Assembly (NCBI GenBank): GCA_964057225.1
Contig: OZ059894.1
Span: forward strand, 12,524,001-12,588,000
Source: Auanema rhodensis
Lineage: Eukaryota > Animalia > Nematoda
Length of the DNA stretch: 64,000 nt
Reading direction: 5' to 3'
Numbering within the stretch: position 1 is the first letter of the stretch; each line of letters begins with the position of its first letter. Below are positions 1-13,914 of this stretch, piece by piece. The notes below the pieces were generated by a model. The model was not told the DNA's origin. It ran no database searches and saw only the letters and a list, made by a program, of their open reading frames with translations. Made by a program: the position numbers and the translations under genes.

Positions 1-589
1 CTCAATAATTATTTTACCAATATGCCAATGCAACAACTTTTTCTAATGTGAGACAAATTGAAGCCTAAGTTGATGAGAACTTTGGAACAGTTGCAGTGAC
101 TCACACATGAAAACACATGCCAAACCGTTTTTTCTATCTCACATTATAACAAGTAACTGAACAACATAAGCACGTCAAGGTTAAACAAGATTAATCATAA
201 TTTAACGAAACGTTTGAATATATGAATGAACTTAACTATTATCTCACCAATATGCCAATAGAACAACTTTTTTTAATGTGAGACAGATTGCAGCATAATT
301 TGATGAGAACTTTAGAACAGTTGCAGTGACTCACACATGAAAACACATGCCAAACCGTTTTTTCTATCTCACATTATAACAAGTTACTGAACAACATAAG
401 CACGTCAAGGTTAAACAAGATTGATCATCATTTAACGAAACGTTTAAATATATGAATGAACTCAACAATTATTTTACCAATATGCCAATGCAACAACTTT
501 TTCTAATGTGAGACAAATTGAAGCCTAAGTTGATGAGAACTTTGTAACAGTTGCAGTGACCCACACATGAAAACACATGCCAAACCGTT

Positions 590-3500
590 TTTTCTATCTC
601 ACATTATAACAAGTAACTGAACAACATGAGCACGTCAAGGTTAAACAAGATTGATCATCATTTAACGAAACGTTTAAATATATGAATGAACTCAACAATT
701 ATTTTACCAATATGCCAATGCAACAACTTTTTCTAATGTGAGACAAATTGAAGCATAATTGGATGAGAACTTTAGAACAGTTGCAGTGACTCACACTTGA
801 AAACACATGCCAAACCGTTTTTTTTATCTCACAGTACAACAAAAAACTGAGCAACATATGAACACTGTGGTTGAACATGATGAGTCATCATTTACCGAAA
901 CGTTCGTACATTTAATATGAATCAACTTAACAAATAATTCACCAATATGCCAATACAACAACATTTTTCCAAATGTGAGACAAATTGAAGCCTAATTTGA
1001 TGAAAACTTTGAAACAGTTGCAGTGATCCACACATGAAAACACATGCCAAACCGTTTTTTCTATCTCACAGTATAACAAGTAACTGAACAACATAAGCAC
1101 GTCAAGGTTAAACAAGATTGATCATAATTTAACGAAACGTTTAAATATATGAATGAACTTAACTATTATCTCACCAATATGCCAATACAACAACTTTTTT
1201 TATTGTGAGACGAATTGCAGCATAATTTGATGAGAACTTTGGAACAGTTGCAGTGACTTACACATGAAAACACATGCCAAACCGTTTTTTCTATCTCACA
1301 TTATAACAAGTAACTGAACAACATAAGCACATCGAGGTTTAACAAGATTGATCATCATTCAACGAAACGTTTGTATATATGAATGAATTTAACATTTATT
1401 TTACCAATAACCCAATGCAACTATCTTCTCTCATGTGAGACAAATTGAAGACTAAGTTGATAAGAACTTTGGAACAGTTGCAGTGACCCACACATGAAAA
1501 CACATGCCAAATCGTTTTTTCTATCTCACATTATAACAAGTAACTGAACAACATAAGCCCATCGAGGTTAAACAAGATTGATCATCATTCAACGAAACGT
1601 TTAAATATATGAATGAACTCAATAATTATTTTACCAATATGCCAATGCAACAACTTTTTCTAATGTGAGACAAATTGAAGCCTAAGTTGATGAGAACTTT
1701 GGAACAGTTGCAGTGACTCACACATGAAAACACATGCCAAACCGTTTTTTTTATCTCACAGTACAACAGAAAACTGAGCAACATATGAACATTGTGGTTG
1801 AACATGATGAGTCATCATTTACCGAAACGTTCGTATATATTATATGAATCAACTTAACAAATATTTCACCAATATGCCAATACAACAACATTTTTTTTAA
1901 TGTGAGACAAATTGAAGCCTAATTTGATGGAAACTTTGAAACAGTTGCAGTGACTCACACATGAAAACACATGCCAAACCGTTTTTTCTATCTCACAGTA
2001 TAACAAGTAACTGAACAACATAAACACGTCAAGGTTAAACAAGATTGATCATAATTTAACGAAACGTTTAAATATATGAATGAACTTAACTATTATCTCA
2101 CCAATATGCCAATACAACAACTTTTTTTATTGTGAGACGAATTGCAGCATAATTTGATGAGAACTTTGGAACAGTTGCAGTGACTTACACATGAAAACAC
2201 ATGCCAAACCGTTTTTTCTATCTCACATTATAACAAGTAACTGAACAACATAAGCACATCGAGGTTTAACAAGATTGATCATCATTCAACGAAACGTTTG
2301 TATATATCAATGAATTTAACATTTATTTTACCAATAACCCAATGCAACTATCTTCTCTCATGTGAGACAAATTGAAGACTAAGTTGATAAGAACTTTGGA
2401 ACAGTTGCAGTGACCCACACATGAAAACACATGCCAAATCGTTTTTTCTATCTCACATTATAACAAGTAACTGAACAACATAAGCACGTCAAGGTTAAAC
2501 AAGATTGATCATCATTTAACGAAACGTTTAAATATATGAATGAACTCAACAATTATTTTACCAATATGCCAATGCAACAACTTTTTCTAATGTGAGACAA
2601 ATTGAAGCATAATTGGATGAGAACTTTAGAACAGTTGCAGTGACTCACACTTGAAAACACATGCCAAACCGTTTTTTTTATCTCACAGTACAACAAAAAA
2701 CTGAGCAACATATGAACACTGTGGTTGAACATGATGAGTCATCATTTACCGAAACGTTCGTACATTTAATATGAATCAACTTAACAAATAATTCACCAAT
2801 ATGCCAATACAACAACATTTTTCCAAATGTGAGACAAATTGAAGCCTAATTTGTTGAAAACTTTGAAACAGTTGCAGTGATCCACACATGAAAACACATG
2901 CCAAACCGTTTTTTCTATCTCACAGTATAACAAGTAACTGAACAACATAAGCACGTCAAGGTTAAACAAGATTGATCATAATTTAACGAAACGTTTAAAT
3001 ATATGAATGAACTTAACTATTATCTCACCAATATGCCAATACAACAACTTTTTTTATTGTGAGACGAATTGCAGCATAATTTGATGAGAACTTTGGAACA
3101 GTTGCAGTGACTTACACATGAAAACACATGCCAAACCGTTTTTTCTATCTCACATTATAACAAGTAACTGAACAACATAAGCACATCGAGGTTTAACAAG
3201 ATTGATCATCATTCAACGAAACGTTTGTATATATGAATGAATTTAACATTTATTTTACCAATAACCCAATGCAACTATCTTCTCTCATGTGAGACAAATT
3301 GAAGACTAAGTTGTTAAGAACTTTGGAACAGTTGCAGTGACCCACACATGAAAACACATGCCAAATCGTTTTTTCTATCTCACATTATAACAAGTAACTG
3401 AACAACATAAGCCCATCGAGGTTAAACAAGATTGATCATCATTCAACGAAACGTTTAAATATATGAATGAACTCAATAATTATTTTACCAATATGCCAAT

Positions 3501-4335
3501 GCAACAACTTTTTCTAATGTGAGACAAATTGAAGCCTAAGTTGATGAGAACTTTGGAACAGTTGCAGTGACTCACACATGAAAACACATGCCAAACCGTT
3601 TTTTTTATCTCACAGTACAACAGAAAACTGAGCAACATATGAACATTGTGGTTGAACATGATGAGTCATCATTTACCGAAACGTTCGTATATATTATATG
3701 AATCAACTTAACAAATATTTCACCAATATGCCAATACAACAACATTTTTTTTAATGTGAGACAAATTGAAGCCTAATTTGATGGAAACTTTGAAACAGTT
3801 GCAGTGACTCACACATGAAAACACATGCCAAACCGTTTTTTCTATCTCACAGTATAACAAGTAACTGAACAACATAAACACGTCAAGGTTAAACAAGATT
3901 GATCATAATTTAACGAAACGTTTAAATATATGAATGAACTTAACTATTATCTCACCAATATGCCAATACAACAACTTTTTTTATTGTGAGACGAATTGCA
4001 GCATAATTTGATGAGAACTTTGGAACAGTTGCAGTGACTTACACATGAAAACACATGCCAAACCGTTTTTTCTATCTCACATTATAACAAGTAACTGAAC
4101 AACATAAGCACATCGAGGTTTAACAAGATTGATCATCATTCAACGAAACGTTTGTATATATGAATGAATTTAACATTTATTTTACCAATAACCCAATGCA
4201 ACTATCTTCTCTCATGTGAGACAAATTGAAGACTAAGTTGATAAGAACTTTGGAACAGTTGCAGTGACCCACACATGAAAACACATGCCAAATCGTTTTT
4301 TCTATCTCACATTATAACAAGTAACTGAACAACAT
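590..4335. repeat. Higher-order repeat in satellite 1: two tandem copies of a 1854-bp 8-mer, each made of two related 927-bp 4-mers
   Basis: Divergent 237-bp monomers (GTGGTTGAACATGATGAG) start at 811, 1738, 2665, 3592, exactly 927 bp apart. Alternate copies share diagnostic alleles (811=2665 TTTTTCCAAATG/GTGATCC; 1738=3592 ACAGAAAAC). Confidence 0.88.
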
Positions 4336-6140
4336 AAGCCCATCGAGGTTAAACAAGATTGATCATCATTCAACGAAACGTTTAAATATATGAATGAACT
4401 CAATAATTATTTTACCAATATGCCAATGCAACAACTTTTTCTAATGTGAGACAAATTGAAGCCTAAGTTGATGAGAACTTTGGAACAGTTGCAGTGACTC
4501 ACACATGAAAACACATGCCAAACCGTTTTTTCTATCTCACATTATAACAAGTAACTGAACAACATAAGCACGTCAAGGTTAAACAAGATTAATCATAATT
4601 TAACGAAACGTTTGAATATATGAATGAACTTAACTATTATCTCACCAATATGCCAATAGAACAACTTTTTTTAATGTGAGACAGATTGCAGCATAATTTG
4701 ATGAGAACTTTAGAACAGTTGCAGTGACTCACACATGAAAACACATGCCAAACCGTTTTTTCTATCTCACATTATAACAAGTAACTGAACAACATAAGCA
4801 CGTCAAGGTTAAACAATATTAATCATAATTTAACGAAACGTTTGAATATATGAATGAACTTAACTATTATCTCACCAATATGCCAATAGAACAACTTTTT
4901 TTAATGTGAGACAGATTGCAGCATAATTTGATGAGAACTTTAGAACAGTTGCAGTGACTCACACATGAAAACACATGCCAAACCGTTTTTTCTATCTCAC
5001 ATTATAACAAGTAACTGAACAACATAAGCACATCGAGGTTTAACAAGATTGATCATCATTCAACGAAACGTTTGTATATATGAATGAATTTAACATTTAT
5101 TTTACCAATAACCCAATGCAACTATCTTCTCTCATGTGAGACAAATTGAAGACTAAGTTGATAAGAACTTTGGAACAGTTGCAGTGACCCACACATGAAA
5201 ACACATGCCAAATCGTTTTTTCTATCTCACATTATAACAAGTAACTGAACAACATAAGCACGTCAAGGTTAAACAAGATTGATCATCATTTAACGAAACG
5301 TTTAAATATATGAATGAACTCAACAATTATTTTACCAATATGCCAATGCAACAACTTTTTCTAATGTGAGACAAATTGAAGCATAATTGGATGAGAACTT
5401 TAGAACAGTTGCAGTGACTCACACTTGAAAACACATGCCAAACCGTTTTTTTTATCTCACAGTACAACAAAAAACTGAGCAACATATGAACACTGTGGTT
5501 GAACATGATGAGTCATCATTTACCGAAACGTTCGTATATTTAATATGAATCAACTTAACAAATAATTCACCAATATGCCAATACAACAACATTTTTCCAA
5601 ATGTGAGACAAATTGAAGCCTAATTTGATGAAAACTTTGAAACAGTTGCAGTGATCCACACATGAAAACACATGCCAAACCGTTTTTTCTATCTCACAGT
5701 ATAACAAGTAACTGAACAACATAAGCACGTCAAGGTTAAACAAGATTGATCATAATTTAACGAAACGTCTAAATATATGAATGAACTTAACTATTATCTC
5801 ACCAATATGCCAATAGAACAACTTTTTTGAATGTGAGACAGATTGCAGCATAATTTGATGAGAACTTTAGAACAGTTGCAGTGACCCACACATGAAAACA
5901 CATGCCAAATCGTTTTTTCTATCTCACATTATAACAAGTAACTGAACAACATAAGCCCATCGAGGTTAAACAAGATTGATCATCATTCAACGAAACGTTT
6001 AAATATATGAATGAACTCAATAATTATTTTACCAATATGCCAATGCAACAACTTTTTCTAATGTGAGACAAATTGAAGCCTAAGTTGATGAGAACTTTGG
6101 AACAGTTGCAGTGACTTACACATGAAAACACATGCCAAAC

Positions 6141-9100
6141 CGTTTTTTCTATCTCACATTATAACAAGTAACTGAACAACATAAGCTCGTCGAGGTTAAA
6201 CAAGATTGATCATCATTTAACGAAACGTTTAAATATATGAATGAACTCAACAATTATTTTACCAATATGCCAATACAACAACATTTTTTTTAATGTGAGA
6301 CAAATTGAAGCCTAAGTTGATAAGAACTTTGGAACAGTTGCAGTGACCCACACATGAAAACACATGCCAAACCGTTTTTTCTATCTCACATTATAACAAG
6401 TAACTGAACAACATAAGCACATCGAGGTTAAACGAGATTGATCATCATTAAACGAAACGTTTGTATATATGAATGAACTCAACAATTATTTTACCAATAT
6501 GCCAATACAACAACATTTTTTTTAATGTGAGACAAATTGAAGCCTAATTTGATGAAAACTTTAGAACAGTTGCAGTGACTCACACATGGAAACACATGCC
6601 AAACCGTTTTTTCTATCTCACAGTATAACAAGTAACTGAACAACATAAGCTCGTCGAGGTTAAACAAGATTGATCATCATTTAACGAAACGTTTAAATAT
6701 ATGAATGAACTCAATAATTATTTTACCAATATGCCAATGCAACAACTTTTTCTAATGTGAGACAAATTGAAGCCTAATTTGATGAAAACTTCAGAACAGT
6801 TGCAGTGACCCACACATGAAAACACATGCCAAACCGTTTTTTCTATCTCACATTATAACAAGTAACTGAACAACATAAGCACATCGAGGTTAAACGAGAT
6901 TGATCATCATTTAACGAAACGTTTAAATATATGAATGAACTCAACAATTATTTTACCAATATGCCAATGCAACAACTTTTTCTAATGTGAGACAAATTGA
7001 AGCCTAAGTTGATGAGAACTTTGGAACAGTTGCAGTGACCCACACATGAAAACACATGCCAAACCGTTTTTTCTATCTCACATTATAACAAGTAACTGAA
7101 CAACATAAGCACATCGAGGTTAAACGAGATTGATCATCATTAAACGAAACGTTTGTATATATGAATGAACTCAACAATTATTTTACCAATATGCCAATAC
7201 AACAACATTTTTTTCAATGTGAGACAAATTGAAGCCTAATTTGATGAAAACTTTAGAACAGTTGCAGTGACTCACACATGGAAACACATGCCAAACCGTT
7301 TTTTCTATCTCACAGTATAACAAGTAACTGAACAACATGAGCTCGTCGAGGTTAAACAAGATTGATCATCATTTAACGAAACGTTTAAATATATGAATGA
7401 ACTTAACAATTATTTTACCAATATGCCAATGCAACAACTTTTTCTAATGTGAGACAAATTGAAGCCTAATTTGATGAAAACTTTAGAACAGTTGCAGTGA
7501 CTCACACATGGAAACACATGCCAAACCGTTTTTTCTATCTCACAGTATAACAAGTAACTGAACAACATAAGCTCGTCGAGGTGAAACAAGATTGATCATC
7601 ATTTAACGAAACGTTTAAATATATGAATGAACTCAACAATTATTTTACCAATATGCCAATACAACAACATTTTTTTTAATGTGAGACAAATTGAAGCCTA
7701 ATTTGATGAAAACTTTAGAACAGTTGCAGTGACTCACACATGGAAACACATGCCAAACCATTTTTTCTATCTCACAGTATAACAAGTAACTGAACAACAT
7801 AAGCTCGTCGAGGTTAAACAAGATTGATCATCATTTAACGAAACGTTTAAATATATGAATGAACTCAATAATTATTTTACCAATATGCCAATGCAACAAC
7901 TTTTTCTAATGTGAGACAAATTGAAGCCTAAGTTGATGAGAACTTTGGAACAGTTGCAGTGACTTACACATGAAAACACATGCCAAACCGTTTTTTCTAT
8001 CTCACATTATAACAAGTAACTGAACAACATAAGCTCGTCGAGGTTAAACAAGATTGATCATCATTTAACGAAACGTTTAAATATATGAATGAACTCAACA
8101 ATTATTTTACCAATATGCCAATACAACAACATTTTTTTTAATGTGAGACAAATTGAAGCCTAATTTGATGAAAACTTTAGAACAGTTGCAGTGACTCACA
8201 CATGGAAACACATGCCAAACCGTTTTTTCTATCTCACAGTATAACAAGTAACTGAACAACATAAGCTCGTCGAGGTTAAACAAGATTGATCATCATTTAA
8301 CGAAACGTTTAAATATATGAATGAACTTAACAATTATTTTACCAATATGCCAATGCAACAACTTTTTCTAATGTGAGACAAATTGAAGCCTAAGTTGATA
8401 AGAACTTTGGAACAGTTGCAGTGACCCACACATGAAAACACATGCCAAACCGTTTTTTCTATCTCACAGTATAACAAGTAACTGAACAACATAAGCTCGT
8501 CGAGGTGAAACAAGATTGATCATCATTTAACGAAACGTTTAAATATATGAATGAACTCAACAATTATTTTACCAATATGCCAATACAACAACATTTTTTT
8601 TAATGTGAGACAAATTGAAGCCTAATTTGATGAAAACTTTAGAACAGTTGCAGTGACTCACACATGGAAACACATGCCAAACCATTTTTTCTATCTCACA
8701 GTATAACAAGTAACTGAACAACATAAGCTCGTCGAGGTTAAACAAGATTGATCATCATTTAACGAAACGTTTAAATATATGAATGAACTCAATAATTATT
8801 TTACCAATATGCCAATGCAACAACTTTTTCTAATGTGAGACAAATTGAAGCCTAAGTTGATGAGAACTTTGGAACAGTTGCAGTGACTTACACATGAAAA
8901 CACATGCCAAACCGTTTTTTCTATCTCACATTATAACAAGTAACTGAACAACATAAGCTCGTCGAGGTTAAACAAGATTGATCATCATTTAACGAAACGT
9001 TTAAATATATGAATGAACTCAACAATTATTTTACCAATATGCCAATACAACAACATTTTTTTTAATGTGAGACAAATTGAAGCCTAATTTGATGAAAACT

Positions 9101-12100
9101 TTAGAACAGTTGCAGTGACTCACACATGGAAACACATGCCAAACCGTTTTTTCTATCTCACAGTATAACAAGTAACTGAACAACATAAGCTCGTCGAGGT
9201 TAAACAAGATTGATCATCATTTAACGAAACGTTTAAATATATGAATGAACTTAACAATTATTTTACCAATATGCCAATGCAACAACTTTTTCTAATGTGA
9301 GACAAATTGAAGCCTAAGTTGATAAGAACTTTGGAACAGTTGCAGTGACCCACACATGAAAACACATGCCAAACCGTTTTTTCTATCTCACATTATAACA
9401 AGTAACTGAACAACATAAGCACATCGAGGTTAAACGAGATTGATCATCATTAAACGAAACGTTTGTATATATGAATGAACTCAACAATTATTTTACCAAT
9501 ATGCCAATACAACAACATTTTTTTTAATGTGAGACAAATTGAAGCCTAATTTGATGAAAACTTTAGAACAGTTGCAGTGACTCACACATGGAAACACATG
9601 CCAAACCGTTTTTTCTATCTCACAGTATAACAAGTAACTGAACAACATAAGCTCGTCGAGGTTAAACAAGATTGATCATCATTTAACGAAACGTTTAAAT
9701 ATATGAATGAACTCAATAATTATTTTACCAATATGCCAATGCAACAACTTTTTCTAATGTGAGACAAATTGAAGCCTAATTTGATGAAAACTTCAGAACA
9801 GTTGCAGTGACCCACACATGAAAACACATGCCAAACCGTTTTTTCTATCTCACATTATAACAAGTAACTGAACAACATAAGCACATCGAGGTTAAACGAG
9901 ATTGATCATCATTTAACGAAACGTTTAAATATATGAATGAACTCAACAATTATTTTACCAATATGCCAATGCAACAACTTTTTCTAATGTGAGACAAATT
10001 GAAGCCTAAGTTGATGAGAACTTTGGAACAGTTGCAGTGACCCACACATGAAAACACATGCCAAACCGTTTTTTCTATCTCACATTATAACAAGTAACTG
10101 AACAACATAAGCACATCGAGGTTAAACGAGATTGATCATCATTAAACGAAACGTTTGTATATATGAATGAACTCAACAATTATTTTACCAATATGCCAAT
10201 ACAACAACATTTTTTTCAATGTGAGACAAATTGAAGCCTAATTTGATGAAAACTTTAGAACAGTTGCAGTGACTTACACATGAAAACACATGCCAAACCG
10301 TTTTTTCTATCTCACATTATAACAAGTAACTGAACAACATAAGCTCGTCGAGGTTAAACAAGATTGATCATCATTTAACGAAACGTTTAAATATATGAAT
10401 GAACTCAATAATTATTTTACCAATATGCCAATGCAACAACTTTTTCTAATGTGAGACAAATTGAAGCCTAATTTGATGAAAACTTCAGAACAGTTGCAGT
10501 GACTCACACATGAAAACACATGCCAAACCGTTTTTTTTATCTCACAGTATAACAAGTAACTGAACAACATAAGCACGTCAAGGTTAAACAAGATTGATCA
10601 TAATTTAACGAAACGTCTAAATATATGAATGAACTTAACTATTATCTCACCAATATGCCAATAGAACAACTTTTTTGAATGTGAGACAGATTGCAGCATA
10701 ATTTGATGAGAACTTTAGAACAGTTGCAGTGACCCACACATGAAAACACATGCCAAATCGTTTTTTCTATCTCACATTATAACAAGTAACTGAACAACAT
10801 AAGCTCGTCGAGGTTAAACAAGATTGATCATCATTTAACGAAACGTTTAAATATATGAATGAACTCAACAATTATTTTACCAATATGCCAATACAACAAC
10901 ATTTTTTTTAATGTGAGACAAATTGAAGCCTAAGTTGATAAGAACTTTGGAACAGTTGCAGTGACCCACACATGAAAACACATGCCAAACCGTTTTTTCT
11001 ATCTCACATTATAACAAGTAACTGAACAACATAAGCACATCGAGGTTAAACGAGATTGACCATCATTAAACGAAACGTTTGTATATATGAATGAACTCAA
11101 CAATTATTTTACCAATATGCCAATACAACAACATTTTTTTTAATGTGAGACAAATTGAAGCCTAATTTGATGAAAACTTTAGAACAGTTGCAGTGACTCA
11201 CACATGGAAACACATGCCAAACCGTTTTTTCTATCTCACAGTATAACAAGTAACTGAACAACATAAGCTCGTCGAGGTTAAACAAGATTGATCATCATTT
11301 AACGAAACGTTTAAATATATGAATGAACTCAATAATTATTTTACCAATATGCCAATGCAACAACTTTTTCTAATGTGAGACAAATTGAAGCCTAATTTGA
11401 TGAAAACTTCAGAACAGTTGCAGTGACCCACACATGAAAACACATGCCAAACCGTTTTTTCTATCTCACATTATAACAAGTAACTGAACAACATAAGCAC
11501 ATCGAGGTTAAACGAGATTGATCATCATTTAACGAAACGTTTAAATATATGAATGAACTCAACAATTATTTTACCAATATGCCAATGCAACAACTTTTTC
11601 TAATGTGAGACAAATTGAAGCCTAAGTTGATGAGAACTTTGGAACAGTTGCAGTGACCCACACATGAAAACACATGCCAAACCGTTTTTTCTATCTCACA
11701 TTATAACAAGTAACTGAACAACATAAGCACATCGAGGTTAAACGAGATTGATCATCATTAAACGAAACGTTTGTATATATGAATGAACTCAACAATTATT
11801 TTACCAATATGCCAATACAACAACATTTTTTTCAATGTGAGACAAATTGAAGCCTAATTTGATGAAAACTTTAGAACAGTTGCAGTGACTCACACATGGA
11901 AACACATGCCAAACCGTTTTTTCTATCTCACAGTATAACAAGTAACTGAACAACATGAGCTCGTCGAGGTTAAACAAGATTGATCATCATTTAACGAAAC
12001 GTTTAAATATATGAATGAACTTAACAATTATTTTACCAATATGCCAATGCAACAACTTTTTCTAATGTGAGACAAATTGAAGCCTAATTTGATGAAAACT

Positions 12101-13086
12101 TTAGAACAGTTGCAGTGACTCACACATGGAAACACATGCCAAACCGTTTTTTCTATCTCACAGTATAACAAGTAACTGAACAACATAAGCTCGTCGAGGT
12201 GAAACAAGATTGATCATCATTTAACGAAACGTTTAAATATATGAATGAACTCAACAATTATTTTACCAATATGCCAATACAACAACATTTTTTTTAATGT
12301 GAGACAAATTGAAGCCTAATTTGATGAAAACTTTAGAACAGTTGCAGTGACTCACACATGGAAACACATGCCAAACCATTTTTTCTATCTCACAGTATAA
12401 CAAGTAACTGAACAACATAAGCTCGTCGAGGTTAAACAAGATTGATCATCATTTAACGAAACGTTTAAATATATGAATGAACTCAATAATTATTTTACCA
12501 ATATGCCAATGCAACAACTTTTTCTAATGTGAGACAAATTGAAGCCTAAGTTGATGAGAACTTTGGAACAGTTGCAGTGACTTACACATGAAAACACATG
12601 CCAAACCGTTTTTTCTATCTCACATTATAACAAGTAACTGAACAACATAAGCTCGTCGAGGTTAAACAAGATTGATCATCATTTAACGAAACGTTTAAAT
12701 ATATGAATGAACTCAACAATTATTTTACCAATATGCCAATACAACAACATTTTTTTTAATGTGAGACAAATTGAAGCCTAATTTGATGAAAACTTTAGAA
12801 CAGTTGCAGTGACTCACACATGGAAACACATGCCAAACCGTTTTTTCTATCTCACAGTATAACAAGTAACTGAACAACATAAGCTCGTCGAGGTTAAACA
12901 AGATTGATCATCATTTAACGAAACGTTTAAATATATGAATGAACTTAACAATTATTTTACCAATATGCCAATGCAACAACTTTTTCTAATGTGAGACAAA
13001 TTGAAGCCTAAGTTGATAAGAACTTTGGAACAGTTGCAGTGACCCACACATGAAAACACATGCCAAACCGTTTTTTCTATCTCACA
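6141..13086. repeat. ~2.3-kb (10-monomer) block duplication within satellite 1: ~6141-8468 repeated at ~10759-13086 (offset 4618)
   Basis: Shared rare alleles in the same order: CATGAGCTC (7339/11957), GAGGTGAAAC, AAACCATTT, ACTTCAGAAC. A partial third copy lies around 18.0-19.3 kb. Confidence 0.75.
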
Positions 13087-13914
13087 TTATAACAAGTAAC
13101 TGAACAACATAAGCACATCGAGGTTAAACGAGATTGATCATCATTAAACGAAACGTTTGTATATATGAATGAACTCAACAATTATTTTACCAATATGCCA
13201 ATACAACAACATTTTTTTTAATGTGAGACAAATTGAAGCCTAATTTGATGAAAACTTTAGAACAGTTGCAGTGACTCACACATGGAAACACATGCCAAAC
13301 CGTTTTTTCTATCTCACAGTATAACAAGTAACTGAACAACATAAGCTCGTCGAGGTTAAACAAGATTGATCATCATTTAACGAAACGTTTAAATATATGA
13401 ATGAACTCAATAATTATTTTACCAATATGCCAATGCAACAACTTTTTCTAATGTGAGACAAATTGAAGCCTAATTTGATGAAAACTTCAGAACAGTTGCA
13501 GTGACCCACACATGAAAACACATGCCAAACCGTTTTTTCTATCTCACATTATAACAAGTAACTGAACAACATAAGCACATCGAGGTTAAACGAGATTGAT
13601 CATCATTTAACGAAACGTTTAAATATATGAATGAACTCAACAATTATTTTACCAATATGCCAATGCAACAACTTTTTCTAATGTGAGACAAATTGAAGCC
13701 TAAGTTGATGAGAACTTTGGAACAGTTGCAGTGACCCACACATGAAAACACATGCCAAACCGTTTTTTCTATCTCACATTATAACAAGTAACTGAACAAC
13801 ATAAGCACATCGAGGTTAAACGAGATTGATCATCATTAAACGAAACGTTTGTATATATGAATGAACTCAACAATTATTTTACCAATATGCCAATACAACA
13901 ACATTTTTTTCAAT

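Noticed and set aside
240-290. Paired CCAAT boxes, GAGACA (auxin-response TGTCTC reverse) and CSL-like GTGAGA motifs as regulatory sites
   Set aside because: These are 5-6-bp matches with no adjacent gene and an unknown host; expected by chance.
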